In this document: piece after piece, positions 1-9,208 of the stretch | Numbering within the stretch: position 1 is the first letter of the stretch | Layout of the letters: every line of letters starts with the position of its first letter | Assembly (NCBI GenBank): GCA_033551855.1 | Contig: JAWSUI010000003.1 | Location: forward strand, 32,001 to 96,000 | Reading direction: 5' to 3' | From: Deferrisomatales bacterium | GTDB lineage: Bacteria; Desulfobacterota; Deferrisomatia; Deferrisomatales; JACRMM01 | Length of the DNA: 64,000 nt | Position numbers and translations under genes: made by a program | The notes under the pieces: model-generated | The model's database searches: none | Seen by the model: the letters and a program-made list of their open reading frames with translations, nothing else | What the model was told of the DNA's origin: nothing

Positions 1-508
1 CCTCCACGTCCCAGTAGCGGTTGTCTTCGAATACCCCGGTGTCCAGAAGCTGGAAGGCGGGGTCCCGTCGACTGCGCCGCCGCGCCTCTGCGGCAAGGAG
101 CGCGTATGGATACTCCTCCTGAGGATACTTGTAGAGATAGCGCAGGTAGCTCGCGGTGGGGGTTGCATCGAGGTAGAAGTAGAGTTCCTTGACGTCCTCA
201 CCGTGATTGCCCTCGTTGCCCGTGAGGCCGAAGGCCCGCTCTTTCAGGATCGGATCCCGCCCGTTCCACAGCGCCAGCGCCAGGCACAGCCGCTGGCCCC
301 GGTCGCACAGGCCGGCCAGGCCGTCCTCGCTCCACCGGTAGGCCCGGGAGCGGGCCTGGTCGTGGGAGAAGTGCTCCCACGCCGTGCCGTCCGCGCTGTA
401 GTCCTCGCGCACCGTGCCCCACGCCCGCTCGGCGAGATAGGGCCCCCAGAGACGCCAGTCCTCGCGCCCGGCCCTCCGGGCCTCCAACCGCTTCTGCTCC
501 GCGTTCAT
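1..508 (-). CDS. GH63/MGH1-like glucosidase, N-terminal part (runs off the left edge)
   Basis: Manual translation from ATG 508: [76 protein letters not shown], the typical N-terminus of this family. Not in the ORF track. Confidence 0.85.
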   Translation of the reverse strand, partial: MNAEQKRLEARRAGREDWRLWGPYLAERAWGTVREDYSADGTAWEHFSHDQARSRAYRWSEDGLAGLCDRGQRLCLALALWNGRDPILKERAFGLTGNEGNHGEDVKELYFYLDATPTASYLRYLYKYPQEEYPYALLAAEARRRSRRDPAFQLLDTGVFEDNRYWDVE

Positions 509-674
509 GGGTTCCCCTCCGGACCGTGAGGCCCGGTGTCAAGTCCGGGGGCGTCCCGCGGCGTCCCCGCGTTTCCGTGCCAGTCCCCGGTGCCCGGTCG
601 TGCGGCCGGCCGAGTGCGCACCAAGCCGGGAGGGCGGCGACTCCCGGTCCTCCCCGCTCTTGCCGGCGCCGGTC

Positions 675-842
675 TCAGGGCGTCTTCTTGACGGCGTCTT
701 TGACCTGGAACTCGACACCGCACTTGGGGCACATGATCACGGTGTCCTTCGTGATGGCGTCCTTTTCCTTCGTCTGGGTGCCGGCGCAACCGAAGGCGGC
801 GAGGGCGAGGCCGAGGGTCGCGAGGGCTAGCAGGTTCCTCAT
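675..842 (-). CDS. Small lipoprotein (55 aa) with a CPKC motif
   Basis: Strong SD (AAGGAGG) before ATG 842; signal peptide with lipobox AFGC; MCPKCG in the mature part. Confidence 0.75.
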   Translation of the reverse strand: MRNLLALATLGLALAAFGCAGTQTKEKDAITKDTVIMCPKCGVEFQVKDAVKKTP

Positions 843-1056
843 GGTGTTCCTCCTTGGGAGGGCGGTGGGGCGGACGAGCTGTCCGACCCTTCTGTGGGCT
901 ACGGTAGGGCAGGAAACGGGGGCCGCCGGCCGGCGCTGCATCGCGCCTCGCGAAGCCGGGCCCGGTGCCGAGAATCGACTACGCTGTTCTTCCCCTCCCT
1001 TGCTTGGTCGCGCGCAGCCCGGAAATCTTACGCAACGCAGGACAGCGGGGGTCTCG

Positions 1057-1863
1057 CTACCCTCCGGTGCGAAACCCGGGGTACAAGGTCATGCCGCCGT
1101 CCACGAAGAGCGAGGCGCCGGTGACGTAGTCCGCCTCGTCCGAGGCGAGCCACGCCGCAGCCTTGCCGATGTCGGCGGGGTCGCCCACCCTGCCGTAGGG
1201 AATGAGCCGCAGGAGTTCGGCCTCGGCCTCGGGCGTGGCCCAGGCAGCGGTGTTGATCGGGGTCTTGACCGCCCCCGGGCAGATGCTGTTGACCCGGATC
1301 CGCTGGGGGGCGAGCTCCTGTGCCAGTGACTTCATCAGCATCAGCACGCCCCCCTTCGACGCCGCGTAGTTGGCATGCCCTGCCCAGGGGATCACCTCGT
1401 GCACCGAGGAGATGAAGAGGATCTTCCCGGTCGCCCGGGACACCTCGGGTACCGCGCCCCGCCGCAGGAACTCGCGCACCGCCTCTCGGGAGCAGAGGAA
1501 GGCGCCGGTGAGGTTCACCGAAATCACTCGGTCCCACTGTTCCAGGGTCATGTGCGCGACCGGGGCGTCCTGCTGGATGCCGGCGTTGTTCACCAGGATG
1601 TGGAGCGTGCCCCAGTTCTCGAAGAGCTGGCGAAACATCGCCCGGACCTCGGCCTCGTCGCCCACGTCGCCGGGAACCGACACGGCCTCGCCCCCCGCCT
1701 CGCGGATCTCGGCCACCACGCGCTCTGCCTCCTCGGGCCGGGCGACGTAGTTGACCGCCACCGCGGCTCCGGCGGCGGCCAGGGCCCTGGCGACCGCCTC
1801 GCCGATTCCCGAGTTGGCACCGGTCACCAGGGCCGTCTGGCCCGCCAGGGATTTGGCCCCCAT
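1057..1863 (-). CDS. Glucose 1-dehydrogenase-like short-chain dehydrogenase/reductase
   Basis: TGANSGIG, NNAG, YAASKGG, HEVIPW and FVDGGMTLYP motifs; SD AGGAGG. Confidence 0.9.
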   Translation of the reverse strand: MGAKSLAGQTALVTGANSGIGEAVARALAAAGAAVAVNYVARPEEAERVVAEIREAGGEAVSVPGDVGDEAEVRAMFRQLFENWGTLHILVNNAGIQQDAPVAHMTLEQWDRVISVNLTGAFLCSREAVREFLRRGAVPEVSRATGKILFISSVHEVIPWAGHANYAASKGGVLMLMKSLAQELAPQRIRVNSICPGAVKTPINTAAWATPEAEAELLRLIPYGRVGDPADIGKAAAWLASDEADYVTGASLFVDGGMTLYPGFRTGG

Positions 1864-1882
1864 GTCCTTCCTCCTCCTGCGC

Positions 1883-1899
1883 CGGCCCCTACGGGGCCG
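1883..1899 (-). promoter_or_regulatory. Candidate bacterial SECIS hairpin of arsS
   Basis: CGGCCCC-GTA-GGGGCCG, starting 13 nt after the TGA. Confidence 0.7.
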
Positions 1900-2893
1900 C
1901 GATGGAGCCCCCTCAGGTGAAGCCCGCGCCGGCAGTGCAGGCGTAGCAGTGATCCCCGGTGGGGATGGGGGTCCCCGGGATCGGGGGTCCGTCCATCTGG
2001 GAGACGTGGCGCCGCTTCCCTCCCAGGGCGAGGCCCCGGGCCAGGTTGAAGTCGCAGTCGTGCAGGTAGCCCTCCCAGTCCACCGAGACCAGGGTCCGGC
2101 ACATGAGCCCCTCGACGGTGCAGGGGTTGAAGGCCCCGGCCAGCTTCTCCAGGTAGCCGTCCAGGTTGCCCGAGGCCTTGAGCCAGGCTCGGAAGCGGCC
2201 CACCGGCATGTTGGCGAAGGTGTAGAGACGGCTGAAGGCGATGTCCCACTTGCGGGCGAGCTCCCGGCGGATGCGCTCCTCGGCCTGGGCCTGCCCCGGG
2301 GGCAGGAACGCCCCCGTCGGGTTGGAGACCAGGTCGAGCTCTAGGCCCGAGCCCTCCCGGCCGTACCCCGCCTCGTTGAGGCGCCGGAGCATCGCCAGGG
2401 TGGTCTCGAACACCCCGTCGCCCCGCTGGGCGTCGGTCTGCCCGCGGTTCGTGGCGGGGAACGAGGCCACCACGGTCACCCGCAGCCGGGAAAACACCTC
2501 GATCAGATGCTCGCGCTCGGCCAGGGCGGTGAGATTCGAGCGGAGCATGAGGCGCGGGGCCAGCGGCGCCAGCCGCTCCAGGAAACCCGCCAGCCCCGGC
2601 ACCAGCTCGGGGGCCCCGCCGGTCACGTCGATGACGGCGAACCGGCAGCGCTTCGCGTACGCCGCGACCGCGTCCATGGTCGCGGCCGACATCACCTCGG
2701 CCCGCTCCGGCCCGGCGGCCAGATGGCAGTGCCGGCAGCGCTGGTTGCACAGGAGCCCCACGTTCACCTGGAGGATGGCGGTCTCGGCCCGCACCAGCTC
2801 GAGCCCGTGGGAGGCCAGGTTCTCGGCGAAGGATTCGGGGGCGGCCGGCGAAGGTCCATCTGCCGGTGTCCGCCGCAGGCTCAGGGCTTCCAC
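1889..2893 (-). CDS. arsS: Arsenosugar-biosynthesis-type radical SAM selenoprotein (ArsS family), Sec at TGA 1913-1915
   Basis: CNQRCRHC radical SAM motif, LMCRTLVSVDWEGYLHDCDFN, and C-terminal HCYACTAGAGFT-U-GGSIAAP-TAG, where the family normally has ..AGSSCGG. GTG start at 2893 after GAGG. Confidence 0.85.
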
Positions 2894-2900
2894 GTCTACC

Positions 2901-3233
2901 TCACAGGGAGAGCTTCTTGGCGATCTTTCGCATCTGGACCCCATGCACCAGGGAAGCGCCTCCGCGAATGGCATTGGCCACGTGCACGGCTTCGGTCATC
3001 TCGCCCAGGTTCGAGCCCTTCTCCAGGCACGCCTGGGTGTAGGCGTCGATGCAGTAGGGGCACTGCACCGCGTGGGCCACCCCCAGCGCGATCAGCGCCT
3101 TCTCCCGCTCGGTCAGCTCCCCTTCCGCGAAGACCGCGCCGTAGTAGTCGAAGAACTTCTTCGCCAGGTCCGGGGCTTCCTCGCCGATCTCGGGGAACTT
3201 GGCCAGATCCTCGGGGTCGTAGTAGGTGCGCAT
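2901..3233 (-). CDS. AhpD/carboxymuconolactone decarboxylase-like protein of the arsS-associated type
   Basis: YYDPEDLAKF..LTEREKALIALGVAHAVQCPYCIDAY; directly upstream of arsS. Confidence 0.9.
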   Translation of the reverse strand: MRTYYDPEDLAKFPEIGEEAPDLAKKFFDYYGAVFAEGELTEREKALIALGVAHAVQCPYCIDAYTQACLEKGSNLGEMTEAVHVANAIRGGASLVHGVQMRKIAKKLSL

Positions 3234-3247
3234 GGCTTGACCTCGTG

Positions 3248-3281
3248 CCCCGCCCGGAGCCCCTGCGAGCTCCGGGCGGGG
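3248..3281. repeat. 13-bp GC-rich inverted repeat
   Basis: CCCCGCCCGGAGC..GCTCCGGGCGGGG between the lipoprotein stop and the AhpD-like start. Confidence 0.6.
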
Positions 3282-3301
3282 GATGGGCAACGGTACGTCC
3301 T

Positions 3302-5614
3302 CTACTTCGGATGCGGCGAGAAGATCGCGTTGTCGTGGTAGAGATGGTCGAACTGGTAAAAGATCTGCCCGGCGGCCCGGGGCGCCTCGATCGTCACGTC
3401 GCGCGACGCCCCGCCGAACACCGGCGCGCCGTGGGCATAGGTCCGATCGACCCAGAAACCCTGCGCTGGATCGTCCGGATCGATGTAGAGCGAGCCGTTG
3501 GCCGGGTTGAGGTGGAGAAACGGCTTGAACGCCGGCACCGGCGGGATGATGTCGCCGCCTTCCGGGTTGGGGTTGCGCAGGAACGGCGGGAAGAAGAGCA
3601 CGTCAGGCACGCCGTCGCCGTCGGTGTCGATGTTCTTCATGCCGAGGGGATGAAAGCCGCTCAGATCGACTCCGCATGGTGAACCGGCGGGAAAATCATC
3701 CAGTGTGCACATGCGGGCGATTCCGAACCCTTCCGTCGTACTGCCGATGAGCAGCCCGGGTGTCTCGTCTCCTTCCCGGAGGGGATGAGCGCTGGGCTCG
3801 GCCACGCTGCCGATGACGAAGGGCGGCGGGTTGAAGCGAAAATCGCCGCCGCGATGGACCTCGGAATACTGGTAGCCGAACCGCTCGTCACCCGCGCCGT
3901 CGAAGAAGGCCGCAAGCTCGACTTGATCGATGTCGCGGGAGAAGACGTCGGGCTGCTGGATGACGTCGAAGCCCGGGCGGAAACCCCAGCCGGCCCGCCA
4001 CTGCATCTCGGCGACCTTGGGCGCTCCGTAGATCGGCTTGAAGTCGAAGATCTCGAAGCTGCTGCCGGCCGAGCTGCCCACGTCGCTGCCGCCGGCGATG
4101 AAGTCCGTCAGCCGCGGTCCGAAGTCCACCACGCGGTAGTAGTGCGTGTTGCTGTCCAGGTTGATCACCTTGACCCGCAACCAGTCGCCCTGGCCGAAGG
4201 TTTCGATATCCCCGGCGCCAACGGGGCCGTCGCCGTACATCTTCTGGTTGAGGAAGACGCTCACGTAATCATAGGGGCCGAAGTCGTCCGGCGCCAGGGC
4301 GTCCTCGGCGGTCAGAACGTCCCAGGCCTCGGGAGGTAGTTGCAGGTGATTCGCGGCCAGGCCCACCCACTCATCCCACGTGCCGCGCGGCTCCACGGCC
4401 TCTTCGCTGAGCATGGCCAGAACCTCGGCGGGCGGCGCACCGCCCTCGAGCACGGCCTGGGCGACGACATACATCTTCTTCTCCGGGGCGGCGTCGCCGA
4501 TGTCGTCGATGGTCAGCTCTCGATGGCGCTCGGCGAAGCTGCGTCCCTCGGGATCGAGCTCGGTCTCGCCGGTGTGGACGTTGACGATCTCGAAGACCGG
4601 CTGCAGGAATTGGGATTTGGGCGGATGGGCGCGCCAGCCCCAGGTGTAGATGCCGCCGACATGGGCAATGGGCGGATGATCGACGGTGATTTCGGCAACC
4701 GTACCGTCTACGACCGTCTCCCAGGTGGTATCGAAGGCCTTGAAGCCCAAGGGCGCGCTGCCGGGGCGGGCGTGATCCATCATCATGGTGATGGGCGCGA
4801 ACTCCTCGCGTTCTTCGGCATAGATGCGGTAACGGATGCGCAGCAGGTCATTGGGGTGCGCCGCCACCGGCACGACGATCAGGAACGTGTCGGAATCGAA
4901 CCCGTCGTCGTACCAGAGCTGGTTCACGGTCACTTCCCAGATGGTGCGCTCTTGTCCGTCGATGCTCACGGCGGTATCGCCGCTGTCGCGCAGCCGCTTC
5001 ATCTTGTACTCACCGGGAACGTGGTCGTCCACGAAGTCGCCCCGGTTGTAGTTGAGCATGGCGAAGCCGTCGTAGATGCGGCCTTGCGTGGTACCGAGCA
5101 GAATATCGCGCAGCTCCGCGGCTGCGGCCTCCATGGCCTCCTGCACGCCGTTGTCTGCCGCCGTCTCGAGAGCGCTCAGCGCCTGCTCCATGTCGTCGTT
5201 GGGGCTCGACACCTGGGTGATTTCGTGCCCCGTCAGGCTTTGCGCGCCCACGGCATCTTGCACGAACCTCTCGGCAATCAGTGCCTGATTGCCGTTCCCA
5301 TCGATCTGCAGGGTGTTGGGGATCAGGACCTGCTGCCCCGAGAGCTCGGACAGCACCGGCTCGACGATGAAGGCGTTGAGGGGTTGCTGCGCCGGGTCGT
5401 TGGGGTCGGGAACGGGGAGCGCGACGGGCTCGTCAGGAGGCGGAGGATCGGTCACGGGCGGATCGACCACGTCCCCGTTTTCGCCGTTGCCGGGCAGTTC
5501 GCCGTCGATCGGCGGGCCCTCGACCAAGCTCGGGCCGCTCGAGCCGGAACAACCGGCCAGCGCGAACAGCAGCGCCAGGCCAAGGACGAGCGCGCAGGGA
5601 ACGAACTTTTTCAT
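3302..5614 (-). CDS. Large acidic lipoprotein of unknown function (770 aa)
   Basis: SD GAGGAG before ATG 5614; lipobox LAGC; Pro-rich linker; DTDGDGVPD motif; no family recognised. Confidence 0.8.
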   Translation of the reverse strand: MKKFVPCALVLGLALLFALAGCSGSSGPSLVEGPPIDGELPGNGENGDVVDPPVTDPPPPDEPVALPVPDPNDPAQQPLNAFIVEPVLSELSGQQVLIPNTLQIDGNGNQALIAERFVQDAVGAQSLTGHEITQVSSPNDDMEQALSALETAADNGVQEAMEAAAAELRDILLGTTQGRIYDGFAMLNYNRGDFVDDHVPGEYKMKRLRDSGDTAVSIDGQERTIWEVTVNQLWYDDGFDSDTFLIVVPVAAHPNDLLRIRYRIYAEEREEFAPITMMMDHARPGSAPLGFKAFDTTWETVVDGTVAEITVDHPPIAHVGGIYTWGWRAHPPKSQFLQPVFEIVNVHTGETELDPEGRSFAERHRELTIDDIGDAAPEKKMYVVAQAVLEGGAPPAEVLAMLSEEAVEPRGTWDEWVGLAANHLQLPPEAWDVLTAEDALAPDDFGPYDYVSVFLNQKMYGDGPVGAGDIETFGQGDWLRVKVINLDSNTHYYRVVDFGPRLTDFIAGGSDVGSSAGSSFEIFDFKPIYGAPKVAEMQWRAGWGFRPGFDVIQQPDVFSRDIDQVELAAFFDGAGDERFGYQYSEVHRGGDFRFNPPPFVIGSVAEPSAHPLREGDETPGLLIGSTTEGFGIARMCTLDDFPAGSPCGVDLSGFHPLGMKNIDTDGDGVPDVLFFPPFLRNPNPEGGDIIPPVPAFKPFLHLNPANGSLYIDPDDPAQGFWVDRTYAHGAPVFGGASRDVTIEAPRAAGQIFYQFDHLYHDNAIFSPHPK

Positions 5615-5725
5615 GGCTCTCTCCTCGGGTGATATTTCCACCCCGTATCGCGTGGGCGCCGGGTTGCAGGGCGCGGACAACGTAACCAGGCTTCACGTTT
5701 TCTCCCCGAGCCCGGCAACGAATCC

Positions 5726-5756
5726 TGGTGGGTCCGCTTCGCTCGAACCACCCTAC
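5726..5756 (-). repeat. GTAG-type REP-like palindrome
   Basis: GTAGGGTGGTTCGAGCGAAGCGGACCCACCA: a GTAG head followed by an imperfect palindrome. One copy seen. Confidence 0.6.
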
Positions 5757-6016
5757 GGCCTACGACCGCCGTGCACAGTTTGGGGCTCGGCCGGGGGTCT
5801 CGTACGGAGGCGGCGCAGGCGGCTTTGGCGATGCCCTCCGCCTCCTTTGCACGACCGTCACGGGCCCGCTACACCGTCACGGGATCTTGCGCCGCCGGAG
5901 GACAGGCCCCCGGGTCGGTCTGAGGCGTCTCCTTGGTCGTTGCGGAATGGAAATCCTTTCACCGCGTCTCTCCTGGGGTTGCCGTGTCGCGCGCCGTGCG
6001 CGCCTCGGCCCTCCGG

Positions 6017-6673
6017 TCACGGGACGCTGCGCAGGTCCCTGAGCACGGCCAGGGTCTCGGCCGGGTCGGGCCGCACGGTGTAGTCGGGGCTCGCGGCGGC
6101 GTAGCGGATGATGCCGTCGGTGCCGATCACGAAACGGGCCGGGATCGGGAGCGTCCAAGAGTCGTCTCCGTTGTACAGGGGCAGGCGGATGCCGAACCCC
6201 TCGTATACGGCTCTCAGGTCGGCCGGCATGGTGTACACCAGGCCGTACCGTGCGGCCACGCCGTTTCCCCGGTCGCTCAGGACCGGGAACCCCAGCCCCG
6301 CCTGGCGCTCGATGGATTCGTTGCGCCGCTCGGTCTGGGGGGAGACGGCCACCAGGCTCGCCCCGAGCCCGCGGATCTCTTCGAGGACCTCCTGCAGAGC
6401 CTCCAGCTCTGTCTTGCAGTAGGGTCACCAGTTGCCCCGGTAGAAGGTGAGGACCAGGGGTCCCCGGGCCACGAGGTCCCGGGAGCTCACCGGCGTGCCG
6501 TGGGCGTCGGGCAGCTCGAAGGCGGGGGCCTCGTCGCCGACCTTCTTCGCCCCCTCCGCGATCCCCGACCGAAGGAGCTCCTCCGTGGCCCGCCGGGCCA
6601 CGGCCGCCGCCTCCGGCGGCATCATGGCCGCGGACTGCGCCTTCAGGGCGTCCAGCTTCTCTTGCAGCTTCAT
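6017..6673 (-). CDS. AhpC/TSA peroxiredoxin-like selenoprotein, UxxC, Sec at TGA 6425-6427
   Basis: ORFs 6425..6718 and 6017..6352 are in one frame: LTFYRGNW-U-PYCKTELEALQ..LVAVSPQ..LPIPARFVI. The family motif is FYRGxWCPYC. Confidence 0.9.
6395..6411 (-). promoter_or_regulatory. Candidate SECIS hairpin of the peroxiredoxin-like gene
   Basis: CAGAGC-TGGAG-GCTCTG, starting 13 nt after the TGA. Confidence 0.7.
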
Positions 6674-6736
6674 GGGATGCCTCCTCTCGTGACGCGGGGT
6701 TGGGCGTGTGCCCCGCAACAGCGGGCGAGCCTTCCC

Positions 6737-8224
6737 CTACGGTTCATTCGCCGGCTGCCCGCTCTCGGGCGGAGTGCAGGCGCGGCCCTTGAGGTGAAAG
6801 AGGAACTTCAGCACGCCTTTGGTGCGGTCGCTGAAGAGCTTTTCCGAGAAGTAGCTGCCGGCGGCCCGCTTGGAGATCTCGGAGAGCGTCGGGTAGACGT
6901 GGATCGCGCCCGCGAGAGCCGAGAGCTTCACGCCCCCGGCCACCGTGGCGATCCACTCGTGGATGAGCTCGCCGGCGTGGGCGCCGATGATCTGGCACCC
7001 CAGGATCTTGCCCTTGCCGTCCACCAGCACCTTGATCTTGCCCAGGGGCTCGCCCTCGGCCAGGGCCCGGTCGTTGCCGGCGAACTCCTCGGTGAGCACC
7101 CGGTAGGCCACTCCCTCCTTCTGCGCTCTCTTCTCGTTGAGCCCCACGCTGGCCACCTCGGGGTCGGTGTAGGTGCACCAGGGGACCTTGGCGTAGTCGG
7201 CCTTGCGGGGCAGGCGAAGGACGATGTTTGTGAGCGCGATGCCCCCTTCGTACCCGGCCACGTGGGTGAAGGGGAACTGGCCGTTGACGTCCCCGCAGGC
7301 GTAGATGTGCTTGACGTTGGTGCGCAGCCGCGCGTCGGTGGGGATGCCCCGGGGCGAGAACTCCACGCCCGCCGCCTCCAGCCCCAGGTCCTCCACGTTG
7401 GGCCGGCGCCCGGTGGCCACGAGGAGCGCCTCGGCATCAAGGACGCGCACCTCGCCCCCGCCCTCGGCCGGAACGACGGTGAGCCGCACGCCATCGCCCC
7501 GGCGCTCGGCCTTCACCGCCTTGGTGCCGGTGAGGATCTCCATCCCCTCGGCCTCGAGGCGCTGCCGCAGGATCGCGGCGACGTCGGCGTCCTCCGGCCC
7601 CAGGATCTGATCCAGAAACTCCACCACGGTCACCCGGGAGCCGAGGCGCTGGAAGGCCTGGGCCAGCTCCAGGCCGATGGGGCCGCCTCCGAGGACCAGG
7701 AGCCGGGGGGGCAGCACGGTCTGGGAAAAGACCGTCTCGTTGGTCCAGTGGGGGGTCTCGGCGAGCCCCTCCACCGGGGGCAGCGCAGGCCGCGACCCCG
7801 TGGCGATCACCCAACTGCGGGCCGTTACCCGCTGGCCGTCCACCTCCACCGCGTGATCGTCCACGAACCGGGGCGCCCCGAAGCGCACCTCGGCACCCAG
7901 GCCGCAGAACCGCTCCGGGGAGTCGTGCTCCTGGATCGTCTCGATGACCGAGCGCACCCGCGCCATCACCGCCCCCAGGTCCACGGGGGAAAGCTCGAGG
8001 CGCGGCAGCCCGAACTCGGCGGCCCGCCGCGCCTGGGCCCACACCCCGGCAGTGCGGATCAGGGTCTTGGAGGGCACGCACCCGGTGTGGAGGCAGTCGC
8101 CCCCGAGCTGGGGCGCCTTCTCGATGAGGAGCGCCTTGGCGCCGAACTGGGCGGCACCCGCGGCCACCGTGAGGCCGGCGGCCCCGCCCCCGAGGATGCC
8201 CACGTCGTAATCGTAGTCTGCCAT
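6737..8224 (-). CDS. Pyridine nucleotide-disulfide oxidoreductase (Lpd/MerA-like flavoprotein)
   Basis: GGGAAG, GGDCLHTGCVPSK redox disulfide, GGGPIGLE, HVYPT; no MerA C-terminal CC pair. Confidence 0.9.
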   Translation of the reverse strand: MADYDYDVGILGGGAAGLTVAAGAAQFGAKALLIEKAPQLGGDCLHTGCVPSKTLIRTAGVWAQARRAAEFGLPRLELSPVDLGAVMARVRSVIETIQEHDSPERFCGLGAEVRFGAPRFVDDHAVEVDGQRVTARSWVIATGSRPALPPVEGLAETPHWTNETVFSQTVLPPRLLVLGGGPIGLELAQAFQRLGSRVTVVEFLDQILGPEDADVAAILRQRLEAEGMEILTGTKAVKAERRGDGVRLTVVPAEGGGEVRVLDAEALLVATGRRPNVEDLGLEAAGVEFSPRGIPTDARLRTNVKHIYACGDVNGQFPFTHVAGYEGGIALTNIVLRLPRKADYAKVPWCTYTDPEVASVGLNEKRAQKEGVAYRVLTEEFAGNDRALAEGEPLGKIKVLVDGKGKILGCQIIGAHAGELIHEWIATVAGGVKLSALAGAIHVYPTLSEISKRAAGSYFSEKLFSDRTKGVLKFLFHLKGRACTPPESGQPANEP

Positions 8225-8353
8225 CTTCTCCCCTCCTCGCGCACGGCACCCTGCCGGAAAACTTGCCAGCCGGCTGTGCCCGTCGTTCCTACCATGAGTC
8301 GCCCGTTCGGAGCGGCCCTTACACCTCGCCCCGGATCCGCCACCCCTTGCGGC

Positions 8354-8398
8354 AAGATACCCGGCTTCGGCCGGTCCGGCTGTAGCCGTCGCTACAGC
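8354..8398 (-). promoter_or_regulatory. Crp/Fnr (NtcA-type) operator plus -10 box for the reductase operon
   Basis: Palindrome GCTGTAGC-CGTC-GCTACAGC (8379-8398) containing GTA-N8-TAC, then 22 nt, then TATCTT (8359-8354). Confidence 0.7.
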
Positions 8399-8458
8399 GC
8401 AGCCCCGCTTGGCCATCTATCTTGTTCCAGACGGAATGCCATCCTACTCGAGGGCCCC

Positions 8459-9205
8459 ATGACGGCAACCCCCCGGCGCGTCCCCGATGACCCCTGCGGG
8501 GTACCGACCTCCCCGCTGCCGCTGGCCGCCGGGTCTCCCGTGCCCGGGGAGGGCGGCGACCTGACCGGCGAGACGCTTTCCGTCGGAGAGGTCCGTTCCA
8601 GGCGCCGCCCCGCGGGCGAGATCCTCCTCCGGGAAGGGGCCCCCGCGGCGAGCCTGTTTCTCCTCCTGGAGGGCTGCGTCTGCCTGTACCGCCGCAGCCC
8701 GAGTGGAAGGCCCGCCGTCGCGGGCTTCTGCCGGCCGGGGGATGTGGTCGGCGAGGCAATGCTCCTGGGCCTGCGCACGTCACAGGTGACGGCCGTGTGC
8801 CTGGAGCCCTGTGTCACGCAAGAGCTGTCCGCCGCCGCCCTGGAGGCTCTGGTGGCAGAGCGCCCGTCGCTGGGATGGGCGCTCCTTCGCCGCCTGGCGG
8901 GCCAGACGCACCGGATGGCCGAGCGGATCGCCGCCCTCTCGGAGCCGGCGCTGGCCGAGCGCACCCATGCGGTCCTCACCAACGCCGCCCGAACCGTGGG
9001 CCGGCCCCACCCGGAGGGGTGGGCGTTGGGGACCACCTTTTCGCACGAGGAGATCGGCCGTCTGGCCGGGGCCCACCGGGTGAGCGTCACCCGGGCCCTT
9101 GCCCGGCTTCGTTCGGCCGGCAGGATCCGCACAGAACGCCGCAGCATCGTGGTCGTCCAGGAAGGAAGGAACCTGCCCGGGGACGAGACGGTAGAAAGGG
9201 GCTAG
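8459..9205 (+). CDS. Crp/Fnr family transcriptional regulator
   Basis: cNMP-like domain (REGAPAASLFLLLEG..GDVVGE) and HTH SHEEIGRLAGAHRVSVTRAL; 3' end of ORF 5933..9205. Confidence 0.85.
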   Translation: MTATPRRVPDDPCGVPTSPLPLAAGSPVPGEGGDLTGETLSVGEVRSRRRPAGEILLREGAPAASLFLLLEGCVCLYRRSPSGRPAVAGFCRPGDVVGEAMLLGLRTSQVTAVCLEPCVTQELSAAALEALVAERPSLGWALLRRLAGQTHRMAERIAALSEPALAERTHAVLTNAARTVGRPHPEGWALGTTFSHEEIGRLAGAHRVSVTRALARLRSAGRIRTERRSIVVVQEGRNLPGDETVERG

Positions 9206-9208
9206 GCA

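Noticed and set aside
2901..2903. TGA stop of the AhpD-like gene as a Sec codon
   Set aside because: The protein is already at its natural family C-terminus, and arsS starts in another frame.
6737..8224. Calling the flavoprotein merA
   Set aside because: No C-terminal Cys-Cys pair, no NmerA domain and no mer genes nearby.
5933..8458. N-terminal 842 aa of ORF 5933..9205 as a giant Crp fusion
   Set aside because: Antisense to the peroxiredoxin-like and reductase genes; only 8459-9205 is coding.
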